From Thermodesulfobacteriota bacterium (lineage in GTDB: Bacteria > Desulfobacterota > Binatia > Bin18): a stretch of DNA of 64,000 nucleotides. Shown piece after piece: positions 47,508-56,624 of this stretch (positions within the stretch are counted from its first letter, which is position 1; every line of letters begins with the position of its first letter). Under the pieces are notes generated by a model that was not told the DNA's origin, did not search any database, and worked only from the letters and a program-made list of their open reading frames with translations. The stretch lies in the NCBI GenBank assembly GCA_964291405.2, contig OZ219926.1, positions 4,704,001-4,768,000 on the forward strand. The letters are read 5' to 3'. Both the position numbers and the translations under genes were made by a program.

Positions 47508-47561
47508 CAGTGCTGTGCAGATGAGACGTTCGAGGTCGCGCGCAGAGGCGTCGGTGGGCAT
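47508..47561 (-). repeat. Degenerate duplicate of the hsdR 5' end
   Basis: Reads MPTDASARDLERLICTAL vs HsdR MATTDTSERGLERLICTTL (45569-45625). Confidence 0.75.
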
Positions 47562-47594
47562 TAGGCTAGTTCGTATCGACAAAGCGCACGGCAC

Positions 47595-47786
47595 TCACCC
47601 GCGTTTGGGGTGCTCGTCTTCGGCGGCAGCCGCTGCCTGCGCTTCAGCCCTAGCTCTGTCCCGGTCGTATAGTTCCTCGCGGGACAGGTTGTCGGCCATG
47701 CGCAATCCGCCGCCGTTGGCTATGATCTTCTCAATGACCTCGCGCGACCTCCTATAACGGCGTTCGGCTTCCGTTTCTCCACTCAT
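47595..47786 (-). CDS. Small orphan antitoxin-like protein
   Basis: LRMADNLSREELYDR resembles C-termini of PIN-associated antitoxins; no toxin follows. Confidence 0.45.
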   Translation of the reverse strand: MSGETEAERRYRRSREVIEKIIANGGGLRMADNLSREELYDRDRARAEAQAAAAAEDEHPKRG

Positions 47787-47879
47787 GGACACAGCCTCAT
47801 AATTTCTGGGTAGTACAGCATAAGGTCTCATTGACTAATGGGCAACACTCACGGTGTCGTGTAGGGGCAGCCGGATTCG

Positions 47880-49257
47880 GTAGGGGCGACCGGCCGGTCG
47901 CCCCTACACAGCAGCGGTGTCGAGGGGATCGTCCAGGGGGTCTTCGGCAGCGAGTGAATCGACCTCGGGCAGCGCGGCCGCGGCCTCGCGTACGTCGAGC
48001 TTGCCGGTGACGATATCGGCGATCAGGCGGGTGCGGTATTCGTGGAGGAGGTCGATCTGGCGATGGGTACGAGAAACCGCACGGTCAGCCTGCTCCAATA
48101 CAGCATCAAGAAAGCTCACCAACGACTCTTGCTCTACCGCAGGAGGAAACGGAAAGCGGTGCGCCCGAAGTTTGTCGCCTGTCAAGTGGGCAATAGTACT
48201 GAGGTGTCCATCGTTGAAAGCATTGCCTTTCACCGCAGCACGAAGGGCATAGTGCATGAAGCGTGGGACATCCAGATCGGCATTTCGCGGGCGGAGACGG
48301 TGCAGTGCCTTCTGAAACCCGCACTTGGCTAGTTCACCTGACCACAGCGCACATCGACCCACCTCTCCTCCCTCGCAGACGAGCAAGTCGCCTTGTTGAA
48401 CGGTATAACGCTCATATTCATCCGGCAGAATGTCCATAGTGGGAAGGTCTTTGATGTTGATCTGATCCCATTGAACATCAACATTCCGCAGATACGGAAG
48501 CGAGTGGTTGCCGGTGATCCGCTTAGAGTCGAGCATCTTACCAAGGCACTGCGAATATCTATGGTGCAGAGCGGCGACCTCCCAATGCGCCGGCACCTCT
48601 CCCAGCCACGGAACGCCGGAGTCCTTATAGGCGGGATAGGGTTTCAGTTCGGCGGCCATCATCAGATTCACCGATGTAGGGGCGACCGGCCGGTCGCCCC
48701 TACATCGTCCCTAACGGCAGGATTCTCTGGGTCTTCCGACCACCTGGCCGGGTTATCCGCAATGTATTGCCGAATCCGATTCAACGCGGCTTCATTCCGG
48801 ACAACGTGTTCGTAGTAATTGCGCTGCCAGACCGATGCGCCGGGTGTGCCACGCATTGTGTTGATGCGTTTCGACACAGCGGATTTATATGAACCGACGA
48901 TGGCACCAATAGAACGTTTCGGCGGACCGGCACCGGTGCGTTGTAGGGGCGACGCATGCGTCGCCCCTACGTGTGGACCTGCGATAACGAGAACGCCATG
49001 CACATGATTAGGCATCACGACCCAGGCGTCTCTTTCCACATGGGGAAAATGGGTGGGGATTTCCTCCCACACCCTACGCGCCACCCTCCCCATATCGTTC
49101 AACTGCATCTCTCCGTTCAAGATTTCGCCGAATAGACAGGCTCGGTTTCGGGTACATATGGTCACGAAATACGCCCCTTGCTGGGTATAATCGAATCGGG
49201 GAAGACGGAGAGACCGGCGCCGGTGCGTTGTAGGGGCGACCGGCCGGTCGCCCCTAC
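47880..49257. repeat. Four 28-bp GTAG-type REP palindromes
   Basis: GTAGGGGCGACCGGCCGGTCGCCCCTAC at 47880, 48676, 49230; variant GTAGGGGCGACGCATGCGTCGCCCCTAC at 48943. Confidence 0.92.
47904..48671 (-). CDS. hsdS: Type I restriction specificity subunit, half-size (single TRD)
   Basis: KPYPAYKDSGVPWLGEVPAHWEV, one TRD, PFPP..EQ, LLHEYRTRLIADIVTGKLDVR. Confidence 0.88.
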   Translation of the reverse strand: MNLMMAAELKPYPAYKDSGVPWLGEVPAHWEVAALHHRYSQCLGKMLDSKRITGNHSLPYLRNVDVQWDQINIKDLPTMDILPDEYERYTVQQGDLLVCEGGEVGRCALWSGELAKCGFQKALHRLRPRNADLDVPRFMHYALRAAVKGNAFNDGHLSTIAHLTGDKLRAHRFPFPPAVEQESLVSFLDAVLEQADRAVSRTHRQIDLLHEYRTRLIADIVTGKLDVREAAAALPEVDSLAAEDPLDDPLDTAAV

Positions 49258-49282
49258 GGAGGACGTCATCACGCATGTTCAT
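48668..49282 (-). CDS. REP-associated tyrosine transposase (RAYT, HUH Y1 family)
   Basis: RRSLRL..FDY...GAYFVTICT, VVMPNHVHG (HUH), WQRNYYEH.VR..IRQYIADNP; surrounded by REPs. Confidence 0.92.
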   Translation of the reverse strand: MNMRDDVLRRGDRPVAPTTHRRRSLRLPRFDYTQQGAYFVTICTRNRACLFGEILNGEMQLNDMGRVARRVWEEIPTHFPHVERDAWVVMPNHVHGVLVIAGPHVGATHASPLQRTGAGPPKRSIGAIVGSYKSAVSKRINTMRGTPGASVWQRNYYEHVVRNEAALNRIRQYIADNPARWSEDPENPAVRDDVGATGRSPLHR

Positions 49283-51265
49283 AAACCCGTGCCGTCTCCG
49301 ATGATCTCGTCCAACAGCCCTTCCGTCTCTTTCTCCAACTCCAGAATATCCGCCCGAATCTCATCCAGCGTGCGCAGGGGCTGCGGCTTATAGAAGTAAC
49401 GGGTGAAGCTGATCTCGTAGCCGACCTTCACGCTGTCGGGCTGATACCAGGCGTCAGGGGCGTAGGGCAGGACCTCGCGTTGCAGGAAGGCTTCGATACC
49501 GCCCGCCTCTTGCAAGGGAATCTGCTCGGTGTCGCGCAGGTCGGTGTCGGGCTCATACTCCACCACGGCGGGCCGGCCGTTGATGGTAACCGCGAACCGG
49601 CCACGCAAGCGGGTCAGCCTCGGTACCCCGCTTGTGAATCTTCTTGATGACCGGTGGCGCGTCCTCGCTGCGCTCGTCAGTCTCTTTCAGCTTCTTGATC
49701 TCGGCAGCCTTATAGGCGCGGTTCGGGTCGATGCCCTGGATGCGCAGCGGTCGTTCGACCGTGACCTTCCAATAGCCGAAGGCGGCATTGTCGAAGATTT
49801 TACTCTGTTCGCTCTCCTTGAAGTCGAGGAAAGTATCGCAGATGCGGGCGATGTCTTCCTCGCCCAGCTCGCAGTTCTTCTTGCCCATATTCTTGCGCAA
49901 AGGCCGGTACCAGGTGGTGGCGTCGATCAACTGGACCTTGCCTTGGCGATACGCGGGCTTACGGTTGGTCAGCACCCAGACGTAGGTGGCGATGCCGGTG
50001 TTGTAGAACATGTTGAGGGGTAGGGCGACGATGGCCTCCAGCCAGTCGTTCTCGATGATCCAGCGACGGATATTGCTCTCGCCCTGGCCGGCATCACCGG
50101 TGAACAGCGAGCTGCCGTTGTGGACCTCGGCAATACGGCTGCCGAGCGGGGTGTCCTGCTTCATCTTGGACAGCTTGTTGGCCAGAAACAGCATCTGGCC
50201 ATCGCTGGAGCGGGTGACCAGCGAATACTCGGGCTCGCCGGCGTGTTCGATCACGAAGCGCGGGTCGCGCATACCGTTCTTGCCGCCCATGCGCTCCAGG
50301 TCGGTCTTCCAGCTCTTGCCGTAGGGTGGGTTGGACAGCATGAAGTCGAACTCGCGGGCGGCGAAGGCGTCGTTGGCCAGGGTGGAGTGCTCCGGGCCGC
50401 CTACGATGTTGTCGGCGGCTTCGCCCTCGCCCTTGAGCAGCAGGTCGGCCGTGCAAATGGCGTAGGTCTCGGCGTTGATCTCCTGGCCGTAGAGGTGGGT
50501 GGACACGTCCTTGTCGTACTCGGCGGCAAGCTGCCGCAGGGTGTCTTCGGCCACGGTCAGCATGCCGCCGGTGCCGCAGGCGCCGGCGTAGAGCAGATAG
50601 GTGCCGGATTTGATGGCGTCGGCAATGGGCAGGAAGACGAGCCTGGCCATGAGGGTGACGGCGTCGCGTGGGGTCCAGTGCTCGCCGGCCTCTTCGTTGT
50701 TCTCTTCGTTGAAGCGGCGCACCAGTTCCTCGAAGATCGAGCCCATGCCGTGGTTGTCGAGACCGGGGTGTTTGACCGAGCCGTCGGTGTTCAGGACCGG
50801 GGCGGGGCTCAGGTTGATGTCGGGCGCGGTGAGCTTCTCGATCAGCGTGCCCAGGGCGTCGGCCTTGGACAGGCGCGGAATCTGGTTGCGGAACTCGAAG
50901 TTGTCGAGAATGTCCTGCACGTTGGGCGAAAACCCGTCCAGGTAGGCTTCAAAGTCGGCGGTCAACTGCTGGCGGCTGGCGCGGGCTCTGAGGTCGCGCA
51001 GGGTGAATTGCGAGGTGTTGTAGAACGCCTGTTCCGCGGCCTGGCGCAGGGCCGGGTCCTGTTCGACCACCTCTGCGGCATCGAGGCTGGCCTTCATGTC
51101 AAGGACGGCCCGCTTGCTGTCTTCCAGGACGGCGTCCAGCCGGCGCAGCACGGTCATGGGCAGGATTACGTCGCGGTACTTGCCGCGCACGTACAGGTCG
51201 CGCAGCACGTCGTCGGCTATGCCCCAGATGTAGTTGGCAATCCAGTTCAGGTCGCTGGTGTGCAT
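49279..51265 (-). pseudogene. hsdM: Type I RM methyltransferase subunit with +1 frameshift near 49607
   Basis: IWGIADDVLRD, AGEHWTPRD, ACGTGGML, SNPPYG; C-terminus (EYEPDTDLRDTEQIPL..GYEISFTRYFYK) in another frame. Confidence 0.85.
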
Positions 51266-51462
51266 CGTTCTGTGTAGCCTTTAGCGGCAGGTAGCGGATA
51301 TCATACGGAACGCAGGAGGCAACCTATCACTTCCCCAGCGTCGGCCCATACGGCTTGATGTGCGGTAGAGCCGTCCGTGAGAGCAGGGCTTTGCGTGGTT
51401 GGGCTGGGTAGTGATGTATGGTAGCCTGAATATCGGCTTAGAGATCGAGAGGACATCACCGT

Positions 51463-51903
51463 ATGCTCATCCGTATACTTGCCTCCCTCATTCTCGTCTT
51501 GGGGCCTGGTGCTATGCTCATCGCGCCGGGGCACGTTGTCTTGGCCGAGACGAGTCCGGCTCCTGACACCACGCCTGGGTCGGAAAAGCAGCAACCATCA
51601 GTAACCCCGCTTTCAACTCATACCGGTCTGCCTGCCACCTTATCGCCCGACCTGTTCAGCGGAGCAGTCAGAGACGGTTACATCATTGCCCAAACCATCC
51701 CGGACGTGTTGGCCGGGCTGCACTGCTACTGTGGCTGTGATCGGTCCATGGGACACGGCAATCTCCTGGATTGCTTTGTGGACGATCACGCTGTGGGCTG
51801 ACCGCACTGTTTACACGAAGCGCAGGATGCGCAGACGCTGTTTGAAGCAGGGGCCCCGCCGGAAGTCATCCGGGATTTTATTGATCAGAAGTACGGCAAC
51901 TAG
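51463..51903 (+). CDS. Secreted CYCxC (PCYCGC-like) protein, probable selenoprotein (UGA 51799-51801)
   Basis: LHCYCGC..GH.NLLDCF.DDHAVG-U-PHC-LHEA...IRDFIDQKYGN; frame stays open and family-like past UGA to TAG 51903. Confidence 0.8.
51807..51850 (+). promoter_or_regulatory. Candidate bacterial SECIS stem-loop
   Basis: Apical GCGCA-GGA-TGCGC with G-starting loop 24 nt after UGA; lower pairing CTGTTT/AAGCAG and ACA/TGT. Confidence 0.6.
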
Positions 51904-51934
51904 GGCAAATCACGCTACGGTGGAGCGTGTCCCT

Positions 51935-52168
51935 CTCCTCCTTGAGGAGGGAACAGGCGGGCAAGATGCCCGCGCTCCCAGGGGGGAAGGGAACAGGCGG
52001 GCAGGATGCCGCACCGTCGGACGTGATGAACAATAGGAGTGCGGGCTCCCAGCCCGCATGGCGGCCAGGAGGGGAACCCTCCCAGGAGGGGAGCCCCCCG
52101 CATCTCCCTGGGCCGCTTGGGGCAGGCCCGTGTCCCTCCCGACGAGAGCGGACTGGCACGGCTACAAC
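51935..52168 (+). repeat. ~235-bp composite repeat, left copy
   Basis: Direct repeat of 53068-53302 with scattered substitutions. Confidence 0.92.
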
Positions 52169-52412
52169 TTAAGCGGAAAGCTCAGGCGGCCTGACCGTCA
52201 GCCTCACCGTTGCCTTAGTCAAGCTGACATCCTGACCAGTCTCGCTTTTCTCAGTCCTCTCTCCACACATTAGAAGCAGAGCATCGGGCACTATCGGCGG
52301 CAGCATTTCTTTTAGGGGTTCGGCCAAGCCGTACTGAAGCCGTAGAGTTTGGGCGCTTGTATCGTCTGCGGGTAAAGATTATCTTGAGTTTAACATGAAG
52401 AGGAGCCTAACC

Positions 52413-52658
52413 ATGCCTGAAATGATCAGTGCCAAGCAGCTGCGGGAACAACTCCAGAACGTTGTTGAAAAAGTGCGACACGGGGAGCGCTTCACCGTGT
52501 TGTATCGGAGCCGTCCGGCCTTCGACATCGTCCCGGTGGGGAATCCGCCGCTCGACAGCACGCCACTGGAATCGGACCCGCTCTACCAGGCGCCGGCTGT
52601 GGGTGCATCCGAATCGGGCGACGCTGCGACCCGGCATGACGAGGTGCTGTACCGGTGA
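52413..52658 (+). CDS. Phd/YefM-family antitoxin
   Basis: ISAKQLREQL..VVEKV.HGERFTV..R.RP; AGGAG RBS. Confidence 0.85.
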   Translation: MPEMISAKQLREQLQNVVEKVRHGERFTVLYRSRPAFDIVPVGNPPLDSTPLESDPLYQAPAVGASESGDAATRHDEVLYR

Positions 52659-53062
52659 GGCACATGTTTGTAGACACAGCCGCATGGGTTGCCGCCGCGG
52701 ATAGCCGGGATACGGCAGGGCCGGCTGTGCGGAAAGCGCGAGATCAATGGTTGGCGTCCGGAGGCGGACTGACGACGACTGACTATGTGATTGACGAGAC
52801 GCTGACTACCCTACGATTTCGCTTAGGGCTTGATGCGGCCGAAGCGTGGTGGCTCCAAATCGACGGCTCGTCTCGACTGCGCATTGAGTCCATCGATGAA
52901 TCACGAAGCGAACGTGCGCGGGCACTCTTCTTCCGGTATCGAGATAAAGATTTCTCCTTCACCGACTGCTGTAGCTTTGCGGTGATGCGGGAGTTGCGTA
53001 TGCGTCGCGTCTTGACGCTGGACCATCACTTCCGACAGATGCGCTTTGAGGTCGTTCCGTGA
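52655..53062 (+). CDS. vapC: PIN-domain toxin (VapC)
   Basis: FVDTAAW, TTDYVIDET, FSFTDCCSF.VM, TLD.HF. Confidence 0.9.
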   Translation: MRHMFVDTAAWVAAADSRDTAGPAVRKARDQWLASGGGLTTTDYVIDETLTTLRFRLGLDAAEAWWLQIDGSSRLRIESIDESRSERARALFFRYRDKDFSFTDCCSFAVMRELRMRRVLTLDHHFRQMRFEVVP

Positions 53063-53067
53063 GCGTA

Positions 53068-53302
53068 CTCCTCCTTGAGGAGGGAACAGGCGGGCAAGAT
53101 GCCCGCGCTCCCAGGGGGGAAGGGAACAGGCGGGCATCTTGCCCGCACCGTTGGACGTGATGAACAATAGAAGTGCGGGCTGCCAGCCCACATGGCGGCC
53201 AGGATGGCCGCCCTCCCAGGAGGGGAGCCCCCCGCATCTCCCTGGGGCGCTTGGGGCAGGCCCGTGTCCTTCCCGACGAGAGCGGACTGGCACGGCTACA
53301 AC
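53068..53302 (+). repeat. ~235-bp composite repeat, right copy
   Basis: Direct repeat of 51935-52168. Confidence 0.92.
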
Positions 53303-53334
53303 GTATCGTGAAATGCGCGAGGGCAGGGCGTGGC

Positions 53335-54117
53335 CTACGCGCCTTTGAGATAAAAACGGACGCCACACACCTCTACCTGATCGTCCGACACCCGGCACCC
53401 GCGTTGCTCTGCCCTTGTCAGCAGTCCTTGGACATCGGCAACAACCAGATCAACTCCACCCAAACCGTCTCCGCGCCCATCCGTGGCCTCAACAAAGCGT
53501 ACGTCGGCATTCTCCAGCGAAAAGCTCAGGCGGCCCTGATCGTCCTGCCGGAGAGGAGTGCCTGCAATGTCTGCCCATCGCTGGGCCATGGATTGCGGGT
53601 CGTGGGACTGCATCTCAACCGCCGAGAAGCCGCTGACCACCTCAGTCCGCCGGGCGGTGTCCCAGCCATCTCCGCCCGCGGGCTCCCAATGCCCTTCGGG
53701 CTCGTTCTTCGGGTCCCAGTCGAGTTCAAAGAAGGCGCCCCCCGTGTCGCCAGGGTGAAGCTGCATGCACTGAAAGCCGTGAATATCCTGCTCCCAGGCA
53801 ATACGCACGCCGAGCTCCTGCGCCCGGGCCCTGCGGGCCTGTTGTGTTTCATGGCTGTCGCACTGGCAGATGACCATATAGCCGCCATCGCCGTTACGAC
53901 GCCGGAGAAAGCGGCCGGCCGCGGTGTTCTCTTTCGTTGGTGCGACCACTTCAAAAAAGTTTGCGTCGACTGGAAACAGCGCGTTCTCCAGGCCGAAAAC
54001 ACCTACGCCTTCATCAACAAAGCACACCTCAAGGCCAAAGATGGATGTCAGGTCTTCGACCACGGGAGCAAGTTTCTCCGCAACGAAGCATATCTGTCGT
54101 AACCGTATCGTCATCAC
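53335..54117 (-). CDS. VOC/glyoxalase-like protein
   Basis: RLRQICFVA..FGLEN..F.EVVAP....TAAGRFL.RR.GDGGYMVI.Q..QLHP. Confidence 0.85.
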   Translation of the reverse strand: MMTIRLRQICFVAEKLAPVVEDLTSIFGLEVCFVDEGVGVFGLENALFPVDANFFEVVAPTKENTAAGRFLRRRNGDGGYMVICQCDSHETQQARRARAQELGVRIAWEQDIHGFQCMQLHPGDTGGAFFELDWDPKNEPEGHWEPAGGDGWDTARRTEVVSGFSAVEMQSHDPQSMAQRWADIAGTPLRQDDQGRLSFSLENADVRFVEATDGRGDGLGGVDLVVADVQGLLTRAEQRGCRVSDDQVEVCGVRFYLKGA

Positions 54118-54255
54118 GCTCTCCTCTCAGGTGTCAGAACATTGTCGACTCCGGTTCTGGTATCGGAACTCTCCGGGTATTGCTACCTGTCCGGCGCGCT
54201 TGCCCGGGTTGCGGGAAGTATTGTAACGTTGGGTTCCAGATCACAAGGAGGCCCC

Positions 54256-54654
54256 ATGGCTCAAGCTGAACGTGGTAACGTACTCACGGCCTTTGCCGTC
54301 CTGTTTGCTATCCTGGCGGTATCAAATTTACTGAAACCCCTCCAACTTCATGAAACGACCGGCTTTGTGCTCTTTGGCTCTCGGCTGTCCGGGATGCCGA
54401 ACGTGATAGCCGGCATCCTGGCAGGTCTCTATTTGCTCGTCTATGCCTACGGTATCTGGCATATGAAACGGTTTGTGGTGGGTATGGCGCATGCGTATGC
54501 GCTGTACGTCATTTTGAACCTCTTGCTCTTTATGTACCGCGATGATCAAGGGGCCGAGTTGGATCTCTTCTACCTCCTCTACTCCGTTGTTGCGGTTGGT
54601 GTCTCGCTGGGCTCGGCTATCATCCTGACGAAACGCAAGGCCGAACTCGCGTAG
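54256..54654 (+). CDS. Four-TM hypothetical membrane protein
   Basis: AAGGAGG RBS, four hydrophobic helices. Confidence 0.75.
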   Translation: MAQAERGNVLTAFAVLFAILAVSNLLKPLQLHETTGFVLFGSRLSGMPNVIAGILAGLYLLVYAYGIWHMKRFVVGMAHAYALYVILNLLLFMYRDDQGAELDLFYLLYSVVAVGVSLGSAIILTKRKAELA

Positions 54655-54918
54655 GGACCGACTGGCCTGGGGCGAGTAAAGAAGCTTCGACTAGTATTCT
54701 CACTCGTTGTCAGGTATACTGAACTCGTATAATACGAGAACGAACCGCGAGCAGGTCTCTTTTCCTTTGTAAGAAATCCCGCTCAGAAGCGGGTCTCAGG
54801 TTGCCCAGACCCGAGTTCCACGTTTCCCAGGTTCTGTCCAATAACACGGTGCGCCGATGCTTTGTCCGCGCCCATATTCGTCCGTGCCGCTGGGCCGCAC
54901 GGAGAAAGAGATGGTCCT

Positions 54919-56190
54919 TTGACAACAGAGAATATACAGAACGATCCTGCCGATTGTTCAGAGTTTTCCGAGCTAGGGCTCATACCCGAGCTCTTACGCG
55001 CCCTTGAAGATGTCCAATACGAAACCCCAACCCCGATTCAATCCCAAGCGATTCCGGTTGCCCTGAGCGGTAAAGATATGCTTGCTTGTGCCCAGACCGG
55101 GACGGGCAAGACGGCCGGATTTATCCTGCCCATCCTGCAACGTTTTACCCACGCAGAGTCGAAAACAGTCCGGGCTTTGGTGCTGACCCCGACGCGCGAA
55201 CTCGCCGTCCAAATAGGGGAGAGTGCCCGAACCTACGGAAAACACGTGCCGGTTCGCTCAACCGTGGTCTATGGTGGTGTCGGGCTCGGCCCGCAAGCCG
55301 ACCGGCTGCGGCGCGGGGTGGAACTGCTCATCGCAACCCCCGGACGCCTGCTCGATCACTTGAATCGGGGCAACGTCCGGCTTGCTGACGTCGAGGTGCT
55401 CGTCCTGGACGAAGCCGACCGTATGCTGGATATGGGCTTTCTGCCCGATGTCCGACGTATCCTGGCCACATTACCTAAAACGCGCCAAACGCTCTTGTTT
55501 TCCGCAACCATGCCACAGGAGATTGAGCGTCTGGCCCAGGACACCTTGAGAGAGCCTGAGGTGATTGATGTCGGGCGACGGGCGACGCCGGTCGCGACGC
55601 TGCGCCACGTACTCTATCTGGTGGAAGCTGAACGCAAAAACGATCTGTTATCCTATCTCCTCCAGCACGGCAGCCTCAAACACGTTCTGATCTTTACGCG
55701 GACCAAGGTTCGTGCGGAACGACTGTCCAAACGTCTGGCTCAGACGAATCGCCGGGTGGCCGCCCTGCATGGCGATAAGACCCAGCGCGTCCGCACGCAG
55801 GTGCTCAATAACTTCAAGAGTGGAAAGGTTGATGTCCTCGTCGCAACCGATGTCGCCGCGCGTGGCCTTGACGTTGAGGGTATTTCTCATGTGGTGAATT
55901 TTGACGTTCCCAATCGGCCGGAAGATTACGTCCACCGCATCGGCCGGACCGCCCGAGCCATGGCGACCGGGGAGGCGCTTACGTTTGCCTCGTCCGACGA
56001 GGTCGAAGCTGTGCGCGCCATCGAAAGCCTGTTGGGTAAAGAGGTTTCCCGCAAGATGATTAAGGGTTTTGAACCAACGCATTTCACCCTCCGCCGGTTT
56101 GCCAAGCCGGAAGCCTCGCGTGGGGCGCGTATTGCCAGCGGCGCCATCCGGCACTTTAGTCCGGGAGGCAGGCGGCGGAAGAGCGCGTAA
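54919..56190 (+). CDS. DEAD-box RNA helicase (RhlE-like)
   Basis: Q motif PTPIQ, AQTGTGKT, PTRELA, DEAD, SAT, ARGLD, HRIGRTAR; start uncertain. Confidence 0.95.
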   Translation: MTTENIQNDPADCSEFSELGLIPELLRALEDVQYETPTPIQSQAIPVALSGKDMLACAQTGTGKTAGFILPILQRFTHAESKTVRALVLTPTRELAVQIGESARTYGKHVPVRSTVVYGGVGLGPQADRLRRGVELLIATPGRLLDHLNRGNVRLADVEVLVLDEADRMLDMGFLPDVRRILATLPKTRQTLLFSATMPQEIERLAQDTLREPEVIDVGRRATPVATLRHVLYLVEAERKNDLLSYLLQHGSLKHVLIFTRTKVRAERLSKRLAQTNRRVAALHGDKTQRVRTQVLNNFKSGKVDVLVATDVAARGLDVEGISHVVNFDVPNRPEDYVHRIGRTARAMATGEALTFASSDEVEAVRAIESLLGKEVSRKMIKGFEPTHFTLRRFAKPEASRGARIASGAIRHFSPGGRRRKSA

Positions 56191-56228
56191 TTTCATGATT
56201 CGGGTCAACGACCCCCAAAGGAATATAT

Positions 56229-56624
56229 ATGCCACTCAATCCGGCTAAAGATTCTGTCGACCTCGGTATTGTTGTCAGCGACATCACCAAAAGCCTGGAC
56301 TTCTACCAGGGGGTGCTGGGCCTCAACAAGAGCGAGGAACTGTCCACCCGGTTCGGCACCCTGCACCGGCTCCATTTCGGCACCAGCGACATCAAGCTGA
56401 TTGACCCTACGCAGGCCCCAGCAGCCGGGACCATCGGCCTGGAGAAACAGGTCGGGCTCCGCTACATCAGCTTTAGGGTTCACGACATCAGCGCCCTGTG
56501 CGTCGAGTTACAAGCCAAGGGTGTGGAGTTCAGCATGGCTGAGACCGAGGTCCGACCCGGGGTGCGCATAGCTATGGTCAACGATCCCGACGGCAACACG
56601 GTAGAGTTCATCCAGCGCGGCTAG
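56229..56624 (+). CDS. VOC family protein
   Basis: DLGIVVSD...SLDFY..VLGL..DPDGN.VEF. Confidence 0.88.
   Translation: MPLNPAKDSVDLGIVVSDITKSLDFYQGVLGLNKSEELSTRFGTLHRLHFGTSDIKLIDPTQAPAAGTIGLEKQVGLRYISFRVHDISALCVELQAKGVEFSMAETEVRPGVRIAMVNDPDGNTVEFIQRG

Noticed and set aside
47880-49257. 28-bp repeats as a CRISPR array
   Set aside because: Irregular spacing of hundreds of bp, perfect palindromes with GTAG ends, located in and around a RAYT, no cas genes: these are REPs
49595-49615. Programmed frameshift or phase variation in hsdM
   Set aside because: No slippery heptamer or simple-sequence tract at the site
51927-53398. Short ORFs overlapping the 235-bp repeats (and ORFs over 12446-13026, 56873-57100)
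   Set aside because: Translations of repeat DNA with no RBS or domain signal
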